Source: an uncultured Pseudomonadales bacterium (GTDB taxonomy: Bacteria > Patescibacteriota > Microgenomatia > UBA1400 > PJMF01). From it: 64,000 nucleotides of DNA. This document shows, in pieces, positions 38,648-49,793 of this stretch (positions are counted from its first letter, which is position 1; every line of letters starts with the position of its first letter). The position numbers and the translations under genes are program-made. The notes beneath the pieces were generated by a model. That model was not told the DNA's origin. It saw only the letters and a program-made list of their open reading frames with translations, and did no database searches. Where the stretch lies: contig CAZUHV010000002.1 of NCBI GenBank assembly GCA_964620965.1, positions 48,863 to 112,862 on the forward strand, read 5' to 3'.

Positions 38648-39709
38648 ATGACTCGTCACCAAATCATTGTTTTACTTACAACAATTTTACTTACAGTCAT
38701 TGGTATTATTTTTGTATTTGAAAGTTCTATAGCGGAAAGCTTTAGAACTTTTGGCAACCAATACCATTATCTTGTGCAACACTTAATTGGGATCGGTTTT
38801 GGCACTGTTGCCTTCCTCATTGGACTATTTATTCCAACTAAATCTTGGATAAAATTTTCTCCTTTTTTGTATGCTTTTGGAATATTCCTCTTAATTCTAG
38901 TTTTTATACCAGGAATAGGTCTTTCACTAAACGGAGCTAAAAGGTGGATCTCGATTGCTGGCTTTGGATTTCAACCAGTAGAGTTTCTCAAGTTTGCACT
39001 AATCGCATTTTACTCTAGTTGGATGACCAAACACCAAAGATTTCTACCTTTTTTATTTTTAAGTGTTATTCCAACAATACTCATGATTTTACAACCAGAT
39101 CTTGGTTCACTCTTGCTATTACTTGCAATTTCCTGTGCCATGTATTTCGTTGCTGGAGGAGATATAAAGAAGCTTCTTGGATTAGCAGCAATAGGAATTC
39201 CATTAGTTATTATCGCGATTGTATCTTCTCCATATAGACTCAAACGTCTCACTACTTTTCTGAATCCAGATTCTGATCCATTAGGAGCAAGTTTTCATAT
39301 ACGACAAATTACTCTGGCGTTAGGAAGGGGAGGACTCACTGGACAAGGAGTTGGGGAATCTCAGCAAAAATATTCATATATTCCAGAAACAAGCACTGAC
39401 TCTATCTTTGCTATCATAGCCGAAGAAATCGGTTTCTTGGGATCATTAGGTATTATTTTTCTTTATGCACTATTCTTTTACCACTCTCACCAACTAATAT
39501 CTAAATCAGATCAATCAGAAGAAAGTAAACTACTTGGTTTTGGAATTATTATTTGGATTGGCTTACAAGTTATACTTAATTTGAGTGCGGTTGTTGGACT
39601 TATACCACTTAAAGGTATGCCACTCCCATTCATTTCATTCGGAAGATCGTCTTTAGTTATGATACTATTTGCTACAGGCATACTTATTAGAATTGGAAAA
39701 CAAAAATGA
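38648..39709 (+). CDS. ftsW: SEDS protein FtsW
   Basis: GAKRWI, QPVEF, QPDLG, GMPLPFISFG; dcw context. Confidence 0.9.
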   Translation: MTRHQIIVLLTTILLTVIGIIFVFESSIAESFRTFGNQYHYLVQHLIGIGFGTVAFLIGLFIPTKSWIKFSPFLYAFGIFLLILVFIPGIGLSLNGAKRWISIAGFGFQPVEFLKFALIAFYSSWMTKHQRFLPFLFLSVIPTILMILQPDLGSLLLLLAISCAMYFVAGGDIKKLLGLAAIGIPLVIIAIVSSPYRLKRLTTFLNPDSDPLGASFHIRQITLALGRGGLTGQGVGESQQKYSYIPETSTDSIFAIIAEEIGFLGSLGIIFLYALFFYHSHQLISKSDQSEESKLLGFGIIIWIGLQVILNLSAVVGLIPLKGMPLPFISFGRSSLVMILFATGILIRIGKQK

Positions 39710-40827
39710 AACTGCTACTATCCGGAGGACACCTTACACCTGCATTAGCCTTTATAGAATATATTCAATCTACATATCCTCAGGATTCAATTACTTTTTT
39801 GGGTAGGCTGTATAGTAAAAAAAATACAAAACAAATTTCTCAGGAAAAAGCTGAAACAGAAAAACTTGGAGTAAAATTTATACCATATAACTCTGTAAAA
39901 CTTTCTCAAAATACAGCTTTTGCCAAAATACAATCAATCCCGCTGTTATTTATAAAAACTTTACAAACCACTTTTATCCTTATTAAAGAAAAGCCAGACG
40001 TATTTGTCAGTTTTGGAGGTTATCTTGCCGTTCCAATTGCCCTAGCATGTTGGATTATGCGAATCCCAGTAGTCACACATGAGCAAACTAGATCTGCGGG
40101 AGTTGCAAATCTCATTATTTCCAAATTTGCAAATAAAATCGCAATTTCATATCCAGAAAGTCTGGAGTTTTTTCCAAAATCAAGAACAACTCTTACTGGA
40201 AATTTAATTAGACAATCAGTTTTAAAAAATTCTAAAAAAATGCCAACATGGATAAAAAAGAAACCAGTAAAACCAATACTATATATTACTGGAGGAAGTC
40301 AAGGTTCAGAGATAATTAACCAAACAATTTCACAAATCTTAAAGCCGCTGCTAAAAAATTGGTTTGTAATCCACCAATGCGGGAAGCCATCTGGAAAAAT
40401 GAATTACTTAAATGAACTTTCTCATATAAAAAACAAACTCTCTCAAGCAAACCAAGAAAACTATAAAATTAGAGAATGGATTACTCAAGAAGAATTGTCC
40501 TGGATTTACTCTAATGCAAAAGGAGTTATCTCTAGAGCAGGAGCAAACACTACTGAGGAAATTGCATTAAACCAGATTCCAGCAGTTTTAATTCCGCTAC
40601 CTTTTTCTCACAACGATGAACAACTAAAAAACGCTCAAGCTCTTAGTAATAATAAGCAAGCTATTCTTCTTGAACAAAAAAATTTGAACCCAGAAGTTTT
40701 ATTAGAAGCAACTGAACTGATTAAAAAATTTCATAGAAAATTTTCAAGAAACTTGCAAATGTTCTCAAAAACAGAACATTCTGAAGAAAAACTCTATAAG
40801 TTGGTGCAATCAGTTGTAAAAAATTGA
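39706..40827 (+). CDS. murG: Lipid II GlcNAc transferase MurG
   Basis: GGHLTPA, FGGY, HEQ, GGSQG, SRAGA, Q..NA. Confidence 0.93.
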   Translation: MKLLLSGGHLTPALAFIEYIQSTYPQDSITFLGRLYSKKNTKQISQEKAETEKLGVKFIPYNSVKLSQNTAFAKIQSIPLLFIKTLQTTFILIKEKPDVFVSFGGYLAVPIALACWIMRIPVVTHEQTRSAGVANLIISKFANKIAISYPESLEFFPKSRTTLTGNLIRQSVLKNSKKMPTWIKKKPVKPILYITGGSQGSEIINQTISQILKPLLKNWFVIHQCGKPSGKMNYLNELSHIKNKLSQANQENYKIREWITQEELSWIYSNAKGVISRAGANTTEEIALNQIPAVLIPLPFSHNDEQLKNAQALSNNKQAILLEQKNLNPEVLLEATELIKKFHRKFSRNLQMFSKTEHSEEKLYKLVQSVVKN

Positions 40828-41510
40828 TGAAACAAAATATAGTTCTCATACCAATCTTACTTATTTTTATAGTTTTATTTTTACTTTTCAATAGAATTAC
40901 TAAAATTGAATGTTATCTTGAAGGTAGTAACTGTCCCGATGAATTACTCCAAGACCTCAAACAACTAGATGGAACCTCATTTTTTTTCGCAAATATTGAA
41001 AAAAAATACTCTGAAAATCAAACTATTGATTCTATTTATATTCTTGAGTCAACAAAAAAGAAATTTTTAAGCACACTTGTTTTGAATTTTAAGCAAGAAA
41101 AAATTGAGTATGAACTTATTATTGATAACACCAGTTATTATTTAGGAAATTCTGGGAAAATAATCCCAAAAAAAGATCAAAACATAAAAACTATAATACA
41201 ATGGGCTATGGAAGAACAAATCTTAGAAAATTCTCTCGTTAATCCAAATGTACATACTAAAGCATTGGAAATTGCTCATACAATAGAGCAACTAAAAATA
41301 GAAAAGGCTACATTGTACTGGAATTCAAACTCCGAAATTATTTTAGAAATTCCAGATAAACCAAAATTTATTTTTGATTCAGAAACAATACAGACGCAAA
41401 TCAAAAAAGTTGATACAATTGTACATGCAAAAGAATTAGAAGAAATTGAAGCACCAATTCTAGAGATTGATATGCGATTTGATTTACCTGTACTTCGCAC
41501 AGCTCAATAA
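40827..41510 (+). CDS. FtsQ/DivIB-like protein
   Basis: TM anchor; C-terminal IDMRFD; lies before ftsA. Confidence 0.7.
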   Translation: MKQNIVLIPILLIFIVLFLLFNRITKIECYLEGSNCPDELLQDLKQLDGTSFFFANIEKKYSENQTIDSIYILESTKKKFLSTLVLNFKQEKIEYELIIDNTSYYLGNSGKIIPKKDQNIKTIIQWAMEEQILENSLVNPNVHTKALEIAHTIEQLKIEKATLYWNSNSEIILEIPDKPKFIFDSETIQTQIKKVDTIVHAKELEEIEAPILEIDMRFDLPVLRTAQ

Positions 41511-41535
41511 ATTTGTTATTCTATATACACAAACT

Positions 41536-42843
41536 ATGACAAGAAATAGAATTATTACAGCAATTGATGTTGGCACAGACAAATGTGTTACCTTAATTGC
41601 TTCTATTGAGGAAGATACTAGCCTTCGAGTTATGGGGGTTTCTGCAGTTCATTCTAGAGGAATGAAACGTAGTCAAATAATTGATCTAGAAAAAGTTCTT
41701 GAAACAATCACTGAAAGTCTTGATGCAGCAGAACGTATGGCAGGCATTGAAGTTAAAAATGCATTCGTTTCAATCTCTGGCACTCATGTCTCATCACAAA
41801 ACTCAAAAGGAGTTGTTGCAGTAGCATCTCCAAATAAAGAAATAAATCCAGATGACGTTGAACGAGTTATTGATGCAGCAAAAGCAATTTCCCTTTCTTC
41901 TGAAAGAGAAATCATTCATGTTGTTCCTAAAGACTTCAAAGTTGACTCCCAAGAAGGTATTAAAGATCCTGTTGGCATGACTGGAGTTAGACTAGAATCC
42001 GAAGCTCACATAATTACTGGACTTAGTACTGCTCTTAAAAACATGGAAAAATGTATCCTTGATTTAGGTGTTCAAGTTGATGGGTTTATTTTTTCTGGAT
42101 TGGCATCTTCGTCAGTTGTGCTATCAGAAACAGAAAAGGAACTTGGCGTTGCAGTCGTTGATATTGGAGCTGGTTCAACTTCTTTGTGTGTATATGTTGA
42201 TGGATCCCTAGAATACTCAGCCTCTTTGCCTGTTGGTGCAAGACACATTACTCAAGATATTGCACTTGGCTGTAAAGTCAGCCTAGATAGTGCCGAAAAA
42301 ATTAAAATTGCACTTTCAAAAGAGGCTTTTAAACCACTTACACCAATTTCTGGAGAATCTAAACAAGATTTCACAAAGCGTAAAGCAAAAGCAGACCAGC
42401 TAAAATTATCTGACTTTGATTCTTCAATTACCTCAGATGAAAGTTTTTCTAAACAAGAAATTGTACAAAGAATTATGCTTCCAAGAATGCAAGAAATATT
42501 TGCTCTAGTAGGGGAAAGATTAAAATCTGAAAATCTGCTTCCTCTCATTCCTGCTGGTGTGGTTATAACTGGAGGAGGGGCTCAAACTACAAAAATTGCA
42601 GAAATTGCAAAAAGAGAGCTCAATCTCTCTGCAAGAGTCGGAAACCCTATAGAATTAAAAGGACTTACAAATGATATTACAAAACCAGAATTTGCTACAA
42701 GTATTGGCTTGCTGTATCTTGGTAAAAAAGAGGGAGGCACCGTACAAACAAGTAGCTTTGATCTTGGATCATTCTTTAAAGGTTTTTCATTGGGTTCTAT
42801 ACCAAGTAAATTAGGGAAATTATTCAAATCTTTAATGCCTTAA
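41536..42843 (+). CDS. ftsA: Cell division protein FtsA
   Basis: AIDVGTDK, AERMAG, DIGAGST, VITGGGA. Confidence 0.95.
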   Translation: MTRNRIITAIDVGTDKCVTLIASIEEDTSLRVMGVSAVHSRGMKRSQIIDLEKVLETITESLDAAERMAGIEVKNAFVSISGTHVSSQNSKGVVAVASPNKEINPDDVERVIDAAKAISLSSEREIIHVVPKDFKVDSQEGIKDPVGMTGVRLESEAHIITGLSTALKNMEKCILDLGVQVDGFIFSGLASSSVVLSETEKELGVAVVDIGAGSTSLCVYVDGSLEYSASLPVGARHITQDIALGCKVSLDSAEKIKIALSKEAFKPLTPISGESKQDFTKRKAKADQLKLSDFDSSITSDESFSKQEIVQRIMLPRMQEIFALVGERLKSENLLPLIPAGVVITGGGAQTTKIAEIAKRELNLSARVGNPIELKGLTNDITKPEFATSIGLLYLGKKEGGTVQTSSFDLGSFFKGFSLGSIPSKLGKLFKSLMP

Positions 42844-42981
42844 ATTTGCCCTTGCTGATTAGAGCAATTTAATGATACACTTTGTTCCAAAAGCATTGCA
42901 TATGCACGTTTTAGACTTGCTGTGTAAAATAAAAAACACACAAACAATGTCAAAAGTAATAGTTTAATCTGAAATACAAAT

Positions 42982-44340
42982 ATGGCACTTGTCAAACCTA
43001 ACAACACAACTTTCGCGAAAATTAAAGTTATTGGAGCTGGTGGAGGAGGTGGAAACGCTGTTAATTCCATGATTGAATCAAATCAAATTAATGGTGTTGA
43101 GTTCATTGCTGTAAATACAGATGCCCAAGCGTTACTTACCTCAAAAGCAGATACTAAGCTTCAAATTGGGAGTAACTTTACAAAAGGATTAGGCTCCGGT
43201 GCAGATCCAGAGGTTGGAAGAACCGCTGCAGAAGAATCCTATGACAAACTTAAGGAATTACTTTTTGATACCGACATGGTTTTCATTACTGCGGGTATGG
43301 GAGGGGGAACTGGAACTGGTGCTTCTCCTGTAATTGCCGAAATAGCAAGAGAAGCAGGAGCTTTAACCGTCGCTGTTGTTACAAAACCTTTTGCATTTGA
43401 GGGTAAGAAAAGAATGCTTACCGCAGAAGAAGGGATTTCAAACCTCAAAGATGCAGTTGATACTTTGATTGTTATTCCTAACCAAAGACTCATGGATGTT
43501 GTTGATAAAAAATTAAGTTTTCTTGACGCTTTTAAGTTAGCAGATAATGTATTAGGACAAGGTGTACAAGGCATTTCAGACTTGATCACTGTTCCAGGTT
43601 TGATTAACGTTGACTTTGCAGACGTTAAAACAATTATGTCTGAATCAGGCACGGCACTGATGGGTATTGGTGAAGCTTCTGGAGAAAACCGCGCTGTTAC
43701 AGCCGCAAGAACTGCAATTTCTTCTCCACTCTTGGAAGTATCTATAGATGGAGCAAAGGGTATTCTTTATAACGTTATTGCAGGACCAGATGTTTCCATG
43801 AGTGAAATTTCTGACGCTTCTACAATCATCGCAAATGCTGCTGATCCAGATGCAAACATTATTTTTGGTGCAACAATAGATGAAAACATGGGTAATAAAA
43901 TCAAGATTAGTGTTATTGCAACTGGTTTTGATAATAATGGCTTGTCAATTCCAAATAATAAACCACTTTTTGGAGCATATGGTAGAGATTCAAGAGCAAG
44001 AATCCAACAACAAGAGCAAACTCCTCCAGAACCACAAACTCCAAAGTTTGACAGAGCTCCATCTGGTTTTACCCAACCCCTCACAACTCAACAAATGACT
44101 GCAACTAAAAATGACCCCGTACAACCATTTGTAAAATCTCAAGCATTTGGTGACTCTGTACGAAGTGGCTTTAAAGCAATTAACCCTCTGAAAACTGATC
44201 CATCTGATGACACTGAAGAAACAGCACAAGAAAACTTTGATGAAGAAGAACCACCACAAGAAAATAAGAAAAAGTCATTACTTGGTGCTTTTGAAGATGA
44301 ATTTGAAATTCCTGCCTTTTTAAGACGTAAAAAGCAATAA
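42982..44340 (+). CDS. ftsZ: Cell division protein FtsZ
   Basis: [24 protein letters not shown]-terminal EIPAFLR. Confidence 0.98.
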   Translation: MALVKPNNTTFAKIKVIGAGGGGGNAVNSMIESNQINGVEFIAVNTDAQALLTSKADTKLQIGSNFTKGLGSGADPEVGRTAAEESYDKLKELLFDTDMVFITAGMGGGTGTGASPVIAEIAREAGALTVAVVTKPFAFEGKKRMLTAEEGISNLKDAVDTLIVIPNQRLMDVVDKKLSFLDAFKLADNVLGQGVQGISDLITVPGLINVDFADVKTIMSESGTALMGIGEASGENRAVTAARTAISSPLLEVSIDGAKGILYNVIAGPDVSMSEISDASTIIANAADPDANIIFGATIDENMGNKIKISVIATGFDNNGLSIPNNKPLFGAYGRDSRARIQQQEQTPPEPQTPKFDRAPSGFTQPLTTQQMTATKNDPVQPFVKSQAFGDSVRSGFKAINPLKTDPSDDTEETAQENFDEEEPPQENKKKSLLGAFEDEFEIPAFLRRKKQ

Positions 44341-44352
44341 AAAGGAATATTC

Positions 44353-44787
44353 ATGAAAACCGTTGCAGCAGCTTCAGAAACTGAAGTGTCTTATTTAAGA
44401 TTTACCGAAGGATTTGACCCAAAGAAAAGATATAAAACTGAAGTTAGACAAGCAATTATTGCAAGAAAACGGCCTGCAAAACGCGTACTGGAATCTTGCA
44501 TACAAGTTGCCCAAAAAATTCCTGGAGCAAAACTGAGATTTACAAAAAATGATAATCCTTATTTTATAATCACACTTGCACAAGCAGATGGAACTGTAGT
44601 TGATGCATCAATAATGCCATTTTTAAAACCAGTAACAGATGAGAGTGGGGAACCTAAAAAAAAGCGTAATCGAATAGTACAACACTTGCAAGTATGCTTG
44701 CGTTGGCCATTTGGAGATACTAATACAGCTCAACAAACACTTTACTTTGATAACGTAAATCAATGTATTAACTATCTTTCTCAGTAA
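44353..44787 (+). CDS. Hypothetical basic protein
   Basis: 144-aa ORF with AAGGA RBS directly after ftsZ. Confidence 0.65.
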   Translation: MKTVAAASETEVSYLRFTEGFDPKKRYKTEVRQAIIARKRPAKRVLESCIQVAQKIPGAKLRFTKNDNPYFIITLAQADGTVVDASIMPFLKPVTDESGEPKKKRNRIVQHLQVCLRWPFGDTNTAQQTLYFDNVNQCINYLSQ

Positions 44788-44821
44788 AAAAATAAACTCC
44801 CATATACTATATACTAATCCT

Positions 44822-45730
44822 ATGAATCAATACTTTGACTATTTTAATAATTATGAAAAGCTAGTTGCTGAAGCTGCTCATTATATACGCATTATTCTAG
44901 AAAAAAATAAATTAGAAACCCCCCAGTTTGCTATCACACTTGGCTCTGGACTAGGTGAGCTTGCTCACCAAATCGAAAACCCTATCACAATTTCATATTC
45001 AGATATTCCAAACTTTCCAACAACTACTGTACCTGGACACGAGGGAGTACTGATCATAGGAAACTTAGCTGGAGTTCCAGTCATTGGATTAAAAGGTCGA
45101 AAACATTTCTATGAAGTTGCTCATGAACCTTTTAACTGTGGTGTTCTAAAAGCAACATTTGCTGTGCAAGTTATGGCAGATTTAGGAATTAAAAATTATT
45201 TCGTAACAAATGCAGCTGGGGGATTAAATCAAAATTATAAAGTTGGTGACGTAATGATACTAAAATCCCACATTAATTTTATTCCAAACGTTCTCTTAGG
45301 CCCAACCCGAAATTTTAGGAGAGTTGATACACAATCTAGTGTTTGGCAATTTCAACCAATGAATGAGGCATATAATCTTGAATATAGAAAAATTTTAAAA
45401 GAAGCTGGATCGGAATTTGCTGAATCGATTCATGAGGGAATCTATCTTGCCGTTACTGGGCCAACTTATGAAACAGAGGGGGAATGTCTAGCTTTTAGAG
45501 ATGGTCTTGGAGCCGATGCAGTTGGAATGTCAACAAGTCCAGAAGTGATTGTAGCAAGAAATAGAGGGATGAATGTAGTCGGTTTTTCCTGCATTACAAA
45601 TACAATTACAAAAGATGGAGTCAATGCAACCAACCATGAAGAAGTTAAAGAAATTCTAGACTCAGAAAAAGTCAAAAGACGTTTAACAAACATTGTGGTA
45701 AAATTTTTTAAGGAAATAAAAAAACAATAG
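44822..45730 (+). CDS. punA: Purine-nucleoside phosphorylase (trimeric PunA/XapA type)
   Basis: LGSGLG, VPGHEG, TNAAGG, GPTYET, VGMST, NHEEV. Confidence 0.92.
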   Translation: MNQYFDYFNNYEKLVAEAAHYIRIILEKNKLETPQFAITLGSGLGELAHQIENPITISYSDIPNFPTTTVPGHEGVLIIGNLAGVPVIGLKGRKHFYEVAHEPFNCGVLKATFAVQVMADLGIKNYFVTNAAGGLNQNYKVGDVMILKSHINFIPNVLLGPTRNFRRVDTQSSVWQFQPMNEAYNLEYRKILKEAGSEFAESIHEGIYLAVTGPTYETEGECLAFRDGLGADAVGMSTSPEVIVARNRGMNVVGFSCITNTITKDGVNATNHEEVKEILDSEKVKRRLTNIVVKFFKEIKKQ

Positions 45731-45731
45731 C

Positions 45732-45802
45732 GTGGGCATGGTTCAGTGGTAGAACGCTTGCTTCCCAAGCAAGAGACGAGAGTTCGATTCTCTTTGCCCG
45801 CT
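45732..45802 (+). tRNA. tRNA-Gly(CCC)
   Basis: GTGGGCA/TGCCCGC acceptor stem; CTTGC-TTCCCAA-GCAAG anticodon arm; TTCGATT T-loop. Confidence 0.93.
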
Positions 45803-45817
45803 CATTTTTAAATAAAC

Positions 45818-46486
45818 CTATTTTTCAAAAAATTTGAAAAACATTTTTATACATTTTTTAAGAATATTTTTACTTTTTTGATGTTTATAAATAAAATAAA
45901 CAATTGTACCTATAAGCAATAAGTAACCAAGATTCTCTATAATTGGATAACCTTCTCTGAATTTTTCAAGGTAGTTTAAACTTAAAACTCCTGCATAAAT
46001 ATAAACTAAGTTCTTTATAAGTGTGCCAGTAAAGGTTGACCAAATATAAGTTTTCAAATTTAGCTTTATAATTCCACAAAAAATTGATATTGGTGCATTT
46101 GGAAACAAGGGAACTGCCCTTAGTATAAAAAGTAAAATATCATCTCTTCTTGTATTGTTAAAATGCTTACCTATACCTTCTGTATCTTTATGAGATATCT
46201 TCAATATCTTTCCAAATTTGTTAATGAAAAAATCTTCTACTTTATCGCTGAATATATAAAGTACTAGACTAGCTAACGTTTTTACTGTGGATGCCAAAGC
46301 TGCAATAAACACAGCATAGAAAAAACCCTGCCCGCTTACCTGAATCATTGTCCCCGCTGAGGTCATTACTAGGGGAGATGGAATTGGAGCAACAATTTCT
46401 TCTAAGAAAGATCCTACTATAACAAAAAGAGGTAAAGGGATCAAACCTGATAGATTTTCAATCCATTGAATAAGTGACTCAATCAT
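45818..46486 (-). CDS. DedA/VTT family membrane protein
   Basis: EEIVAPIPSPLVM..AG; LRAVP. Confidence 0.8.
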   Translation of the reverse strand: MIESLIQWIENLSGLIPLPLFVIVGSFLEEIVAPIPSPLVMTSAGTMIQVSGQGFFYAVFIAALASTVKTLASLVLYIFSDKVEDFFINKFGKILKISHKDTEGIGKHFNNTRRDDILLFILRAVPLFPNAPISIFCGIIKLNLKTYIWSTFTGTLIKNLVYIYAGVLSLNYLEKFREGYPIIENLGYLLLIGTIVYFIYKHQKSKNILKKCIKMFFKFFEK

Positions 46487-46562
46487 TCACCTATTATATT
46501 ATTTAAAAAATAGCTAAGAAACAAGCAAAAAATAACACATATAGAAGGTAATATAAAAGCTA

Positions 46563-46869
46563 TGATATAATACTTTTTGTAAAAATCTAAAGAAAGCCGT
46601 TAACAGTTCTGCCAACTTGGACATCACAGAACGAGGCGAGAGAAGAACATTTATTTTTTGCAGAGATGCAAATTAAATTAGTAGATCTTTCCGGGTAAGC
46701 CCGTAAAAGCTGGAAATAAGAAGTTTGGTTATCAGGAATTGGTTTTACCCTGTTCACTCCAAACAAAAGAGGTGGTACCGCCACAATCTAAATAAAATTA
46801 GAAGGCCCTCTTGTGATTAGTGAAAACGTGCATTCGCGCAAAAAAACACTAATTACAAGAGGGCTTTTT
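46563..46869 (+). promoter_or_regulatory. Extended -10 promoter plus Ile T-box riboswitch
   Basis: TGATATAAT; stem GTTCTG/CAGAAC enclosing ATC (46623-46625); AAGAGGTGGTACCGCC at 46767-46782; terminator 46804-46869. Confidence 0.88.
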
Positions 46870-46914
46870 GTGTTAAAAAGCAAACATAATATACGAAAAC
46901 CAACAAAGGATCTT

Positions 46915-49761
46915 ATGCCAAAACTAAAACAATTACCAGTTCGCCCAAGTTTTCCTGAACTAGAAGAATCAGTTCTTGAATACTGGCAAAAAAATAAATC
47001 GTTCGAAAAATCAGTTGAAATGAGAGATGCTTCAAAAGCATATGTTTTTTATGATGGACCTCCATTTGCAACTGGGCTTCCACACTATGGTCATTTACTT
47101 GGTTCAACAAGCAAAGACGTCGTTCCAAGATATTGGACAATGAAGGGATATAGAGTTGAGCGTGTTTGGGGTTGGGACTGTCATGGACTTCCAATCGAAA
47201 ACATGATCGAAAAACAACTTGATATAAAAGGTGGTAAAAAAGGAATTGAAGATCTTGGAATAGACAAATTTAATCAGGCTTGTCACCGTGAAGTTATGCG
47301 TCTTGATGGAGAATGGGAAAAAATCATCGCCCGTTTAGGTCGTTGGGTTGACTTCAAAAATAATTATAAAACAATGGATACTACCTATATGGAATCTGTA
47401 TGGTGGGGATTTAAACAACTCTTCGACAAAAATTTAGTGTATGAAGGTAGAAAAATTGTCATGTACTGTCCAAGATGTTCAACTCCACTTTCAAACTTTG
47501 AGATTGCAATGGATAACTCATATGAAGACGTTGAAGATTTTTCAGTGTATGTAAAATTCAAACTCGTCCCAGAAGCAAGAACTTCAAAAAATGAGAATGA
47601 ATACTTTGTGGCATGGACAACAACACCTTGGACGCTTCCTGGAAATGTTGGCTTAGCAGTTAACACTGAAGAAACATATGTCCAAGTTGAGCATGAGACA
47701 GAACTACTTTGGGTTGCAAAATCCCTTGTTGAAAAAGTATTTGCAAATAAAAAATACAAAGTTGTTAAAACCGTACAAGGTTCACAACTAGTTGGAAAAC
47801 ATTACGAACCACTCTTCCCATACGTGAATCCTCAAACAGAAGGTGCACAAAATAAGCCAAATGCTTGGTCAGTCCTAGCCGCTGATTTTGTGAGTATGGA
47901 AGATGGTACCGGAATTGTCCACACTGCTGCAATTTTTGGTGAAGACGACTATGCATTAGCATTAAAAGAAAATCTTCCACTTGTACCAACTCTGAACGAC
48001 GAAGGAAAATTTCTACCATTTGTTGAGCTCGTTGCTGGAAAATTTTACAAATCAGCTGAAAAAATAATCAATGCAGATTTAGCTGAGCGAAATCTATTAT
48101 TCAAAGAAGAAAAAATCACCCACTCATACCCATTTTGTTACAGATGTGCAACACCTCTATACTATAACGCTGTTCCTGCTTGGTTTATCAATGTTCAAAA
48201 AATAAAAGATCAACTTATTGAACAAAACGAAAACATCAACTGGTACCCAGAACACTTAAAATATGGTCGTTTTGGAAAAGGATTAGAAACAGCCCCAGAT
48301 TGGAATATCTCAAGATCAAGATATTGGGGTACTCCTATGCCAGTTTGGATCAGTGCAGATAAAACACAACTTCGTGTGGTTGGATCTATAGAAGAACTTC
48401 AAAAATGGTCTGTTGACCCTAAACAAACTGAAAATCTAACCAACATTCACAGAGAGTTTTTAGACAACATAGAAGTTTGGGTTAATGATGAAAAAACAGT
48501 AAAAGGAACCAGGATTCCAGAAGTATTTGACTGCTGGGTTGAGTCTGGTTCTATGCCATTCGCTTCAGTTCATTATCCTTTTGAAAATAAAGAAAAATTC
48601 GAAAGCACTTATCCAGCACAATTTGTTAGTGAATACATTGCTCAAACAAGAGCATGGTTCTACACAATGCATGTTATGTCTGTAGGAGTTTTTGGAAAAA
48701 ATGCTGTAGAAAACACCCTTACAACTGGAACAATTCTTGCCGAAGACGGCACAAAAATGAGTAAATCAAAAAAGAACTATCCAGATCCATTATTGCTTAT
48801 TAATGAATATGGAGTTGATAGTTTAAGACTGTACTTAATGAGCTCAACAGTGATGAAATCGGAAAATCTTAACTTTAGTGAGAAAGAAGTTTCCGAAATT
48901 CGCAAAAAAGTATTCCTGATTTGGTGGAACATGTTTGCGTTCTATAAGATGTATGCTCCAGAAAATCATACAGTTGATTTGAACAAACAACCTCATTCTG
49001 AGGATGTAATGGATAAATGGATACTCAGCAAACTAAATACGCTTGTAAAAGAAACTACTTTTAACATGGATAACTATGATCTTGTCCGCGCAAGTAGGGG
49101 ATTGATGAGTTTTGTAGATGAGTTATCTACTTGGTATTTAAGAAGAAGTAGAGAAAGACTCAGAGAAGACCAAAATTCTGTAGACGTCTTTGGGTATGTT
49201 TTAGCAAGATTAGCACAGCTTTTTGCACCATTTACTCCATTTTTCAGTGAACTTATGTGGCACAACTTAATTTCAGCAGATGAAAGCGTTCATCACTCAG
49301 ATTGGCCAGACTTTGATGAAGCGTTCATAAATGTTTCATTAGAAGAACAAATGGATGCAATCAAAAAAGTTGTTGAAAAAACGCATGCGCTACGAAGCGA
49401 AGCCGGAATTAAAGTCAGACAACCTCTAGCAAAAGTCACCTGTTTTGTAACAATAAAAACACCTGAAAAAAATGTATTAGATGTTCTTGCAGACGAAGTT
49501 AATGTAAAAGAAATAGATTGGAAACACTCAACAGAAAACTTGAGAGTGTTGCTTGATACAGAAGTTTCTGAAGAACTCAAAGAAGAAGGCGAAGCCAGAG
49601 AATTAATGCGTAATATTCAAAAACTAAGAAAAAAAGCTGGCTTACAAGTTGGGGATACTGCAGTTGTTGAAGCTTCAGATTGGCCAGAGAACTGGAAAAA
49701 AGAAATTGAGAAAAAGACAAATACAACTCTCAAAAAGGGGAATGAACTTAAATTAGTTTGA
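46915..49761 (+). CDS. ileS: Isoleucine--tRNA ligase (type 2)
   Basis: DGPPFATGLPHYGH, WTTTPWTLP, WNISRSRYWG, KMSKS; ATG 46915 follows AAGGA (46813 lies inside the T-box terminator). Confidence 0.96.
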   Translation: MPKLKQLPVRPSFPELEESVLEYWQKNKSFEKSVEMRDASKAYVFYDGPPFATGLPHYGHLLGSTSKDVVPRYWTMKGYRVERVWGWDCHGLPIENMIEKQLDIKGGKKGIEDLGIDKFNQACHREVMRLDGEWEKIIARLGRWVDFKNNYKTMDTTYMESVWWGFKQLFDKNLVYEGRKIVMYCPRCSTPLSNFEIAMDNSYEDVEDFSVYVKFKLVPEARTSKNENEYFVAWTTTPWTLPGNVGLAVNTEETYVQVEHETELLWVAKSLVEKVFANKKYKVVKTVQGSQLVGKHYEPLFPYVNPQTEGAQNKPNAWSVLAADFVSMEDGTGIVHTAAIFGEDDYALALKENLPLVPTLNDEGKFLPFVELVAGKFYKSAEKIINADLAERNLLFKEEKITHSYPFCYRCATPLYYNAVPAWFINVQKIKDQLIEQNENINWYPEHLKYGRFGKGLETAPDWNISRSRYWGTPMPVWISADKTQLRVVGSIEELQKWSVDPKQTENLTNIHREFLDNIEVWVNDEKTVKGTRIPEVFDCWVESGSMPFASVHYPFENKEKFESTYPAQFVSEYIAQTRAWFYTMHVMSVGVFGKNAVENTLTTGTILAEDGTKMSKSKKNYPDPLLLINEYGVDSLRLYLMSSTVMKSENLNFSEKEVSEIRKKVFLIWWNMFAFYKMYAPENHTVDLNKQPHSEDVMDKWILSKLNTLVKETTFNMDNYDLVRASRGLMSFVDELSTWYLRRSRERLREDQNSVDVFGYVLARLAQLFAPFTPFFSELMWHNLISADESVHHSDWPDFDEAFINVSLEEQMDAIKKVVEKTHALRSEAGIKVRQPLAKVTCFVTIKTPEKNVLDVLADEVNVKEIDWKHSTENLRVLLDTEVSEELKEEGEARELMRNIQKLRKKAGLQVGDTAVVEASDWPENWKKEIEKKTNTTLKKGNELKLV

Positions 49762-49793
49762 GATAAAAATAGTTTATTTATAGAATTTAGAGC

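Noticed and set aside
46813-46914. N-terminal extension of IleRS from GTG 46813
   Set aside because: Lies within the T-box terminator; ATG 46915 has an RBS
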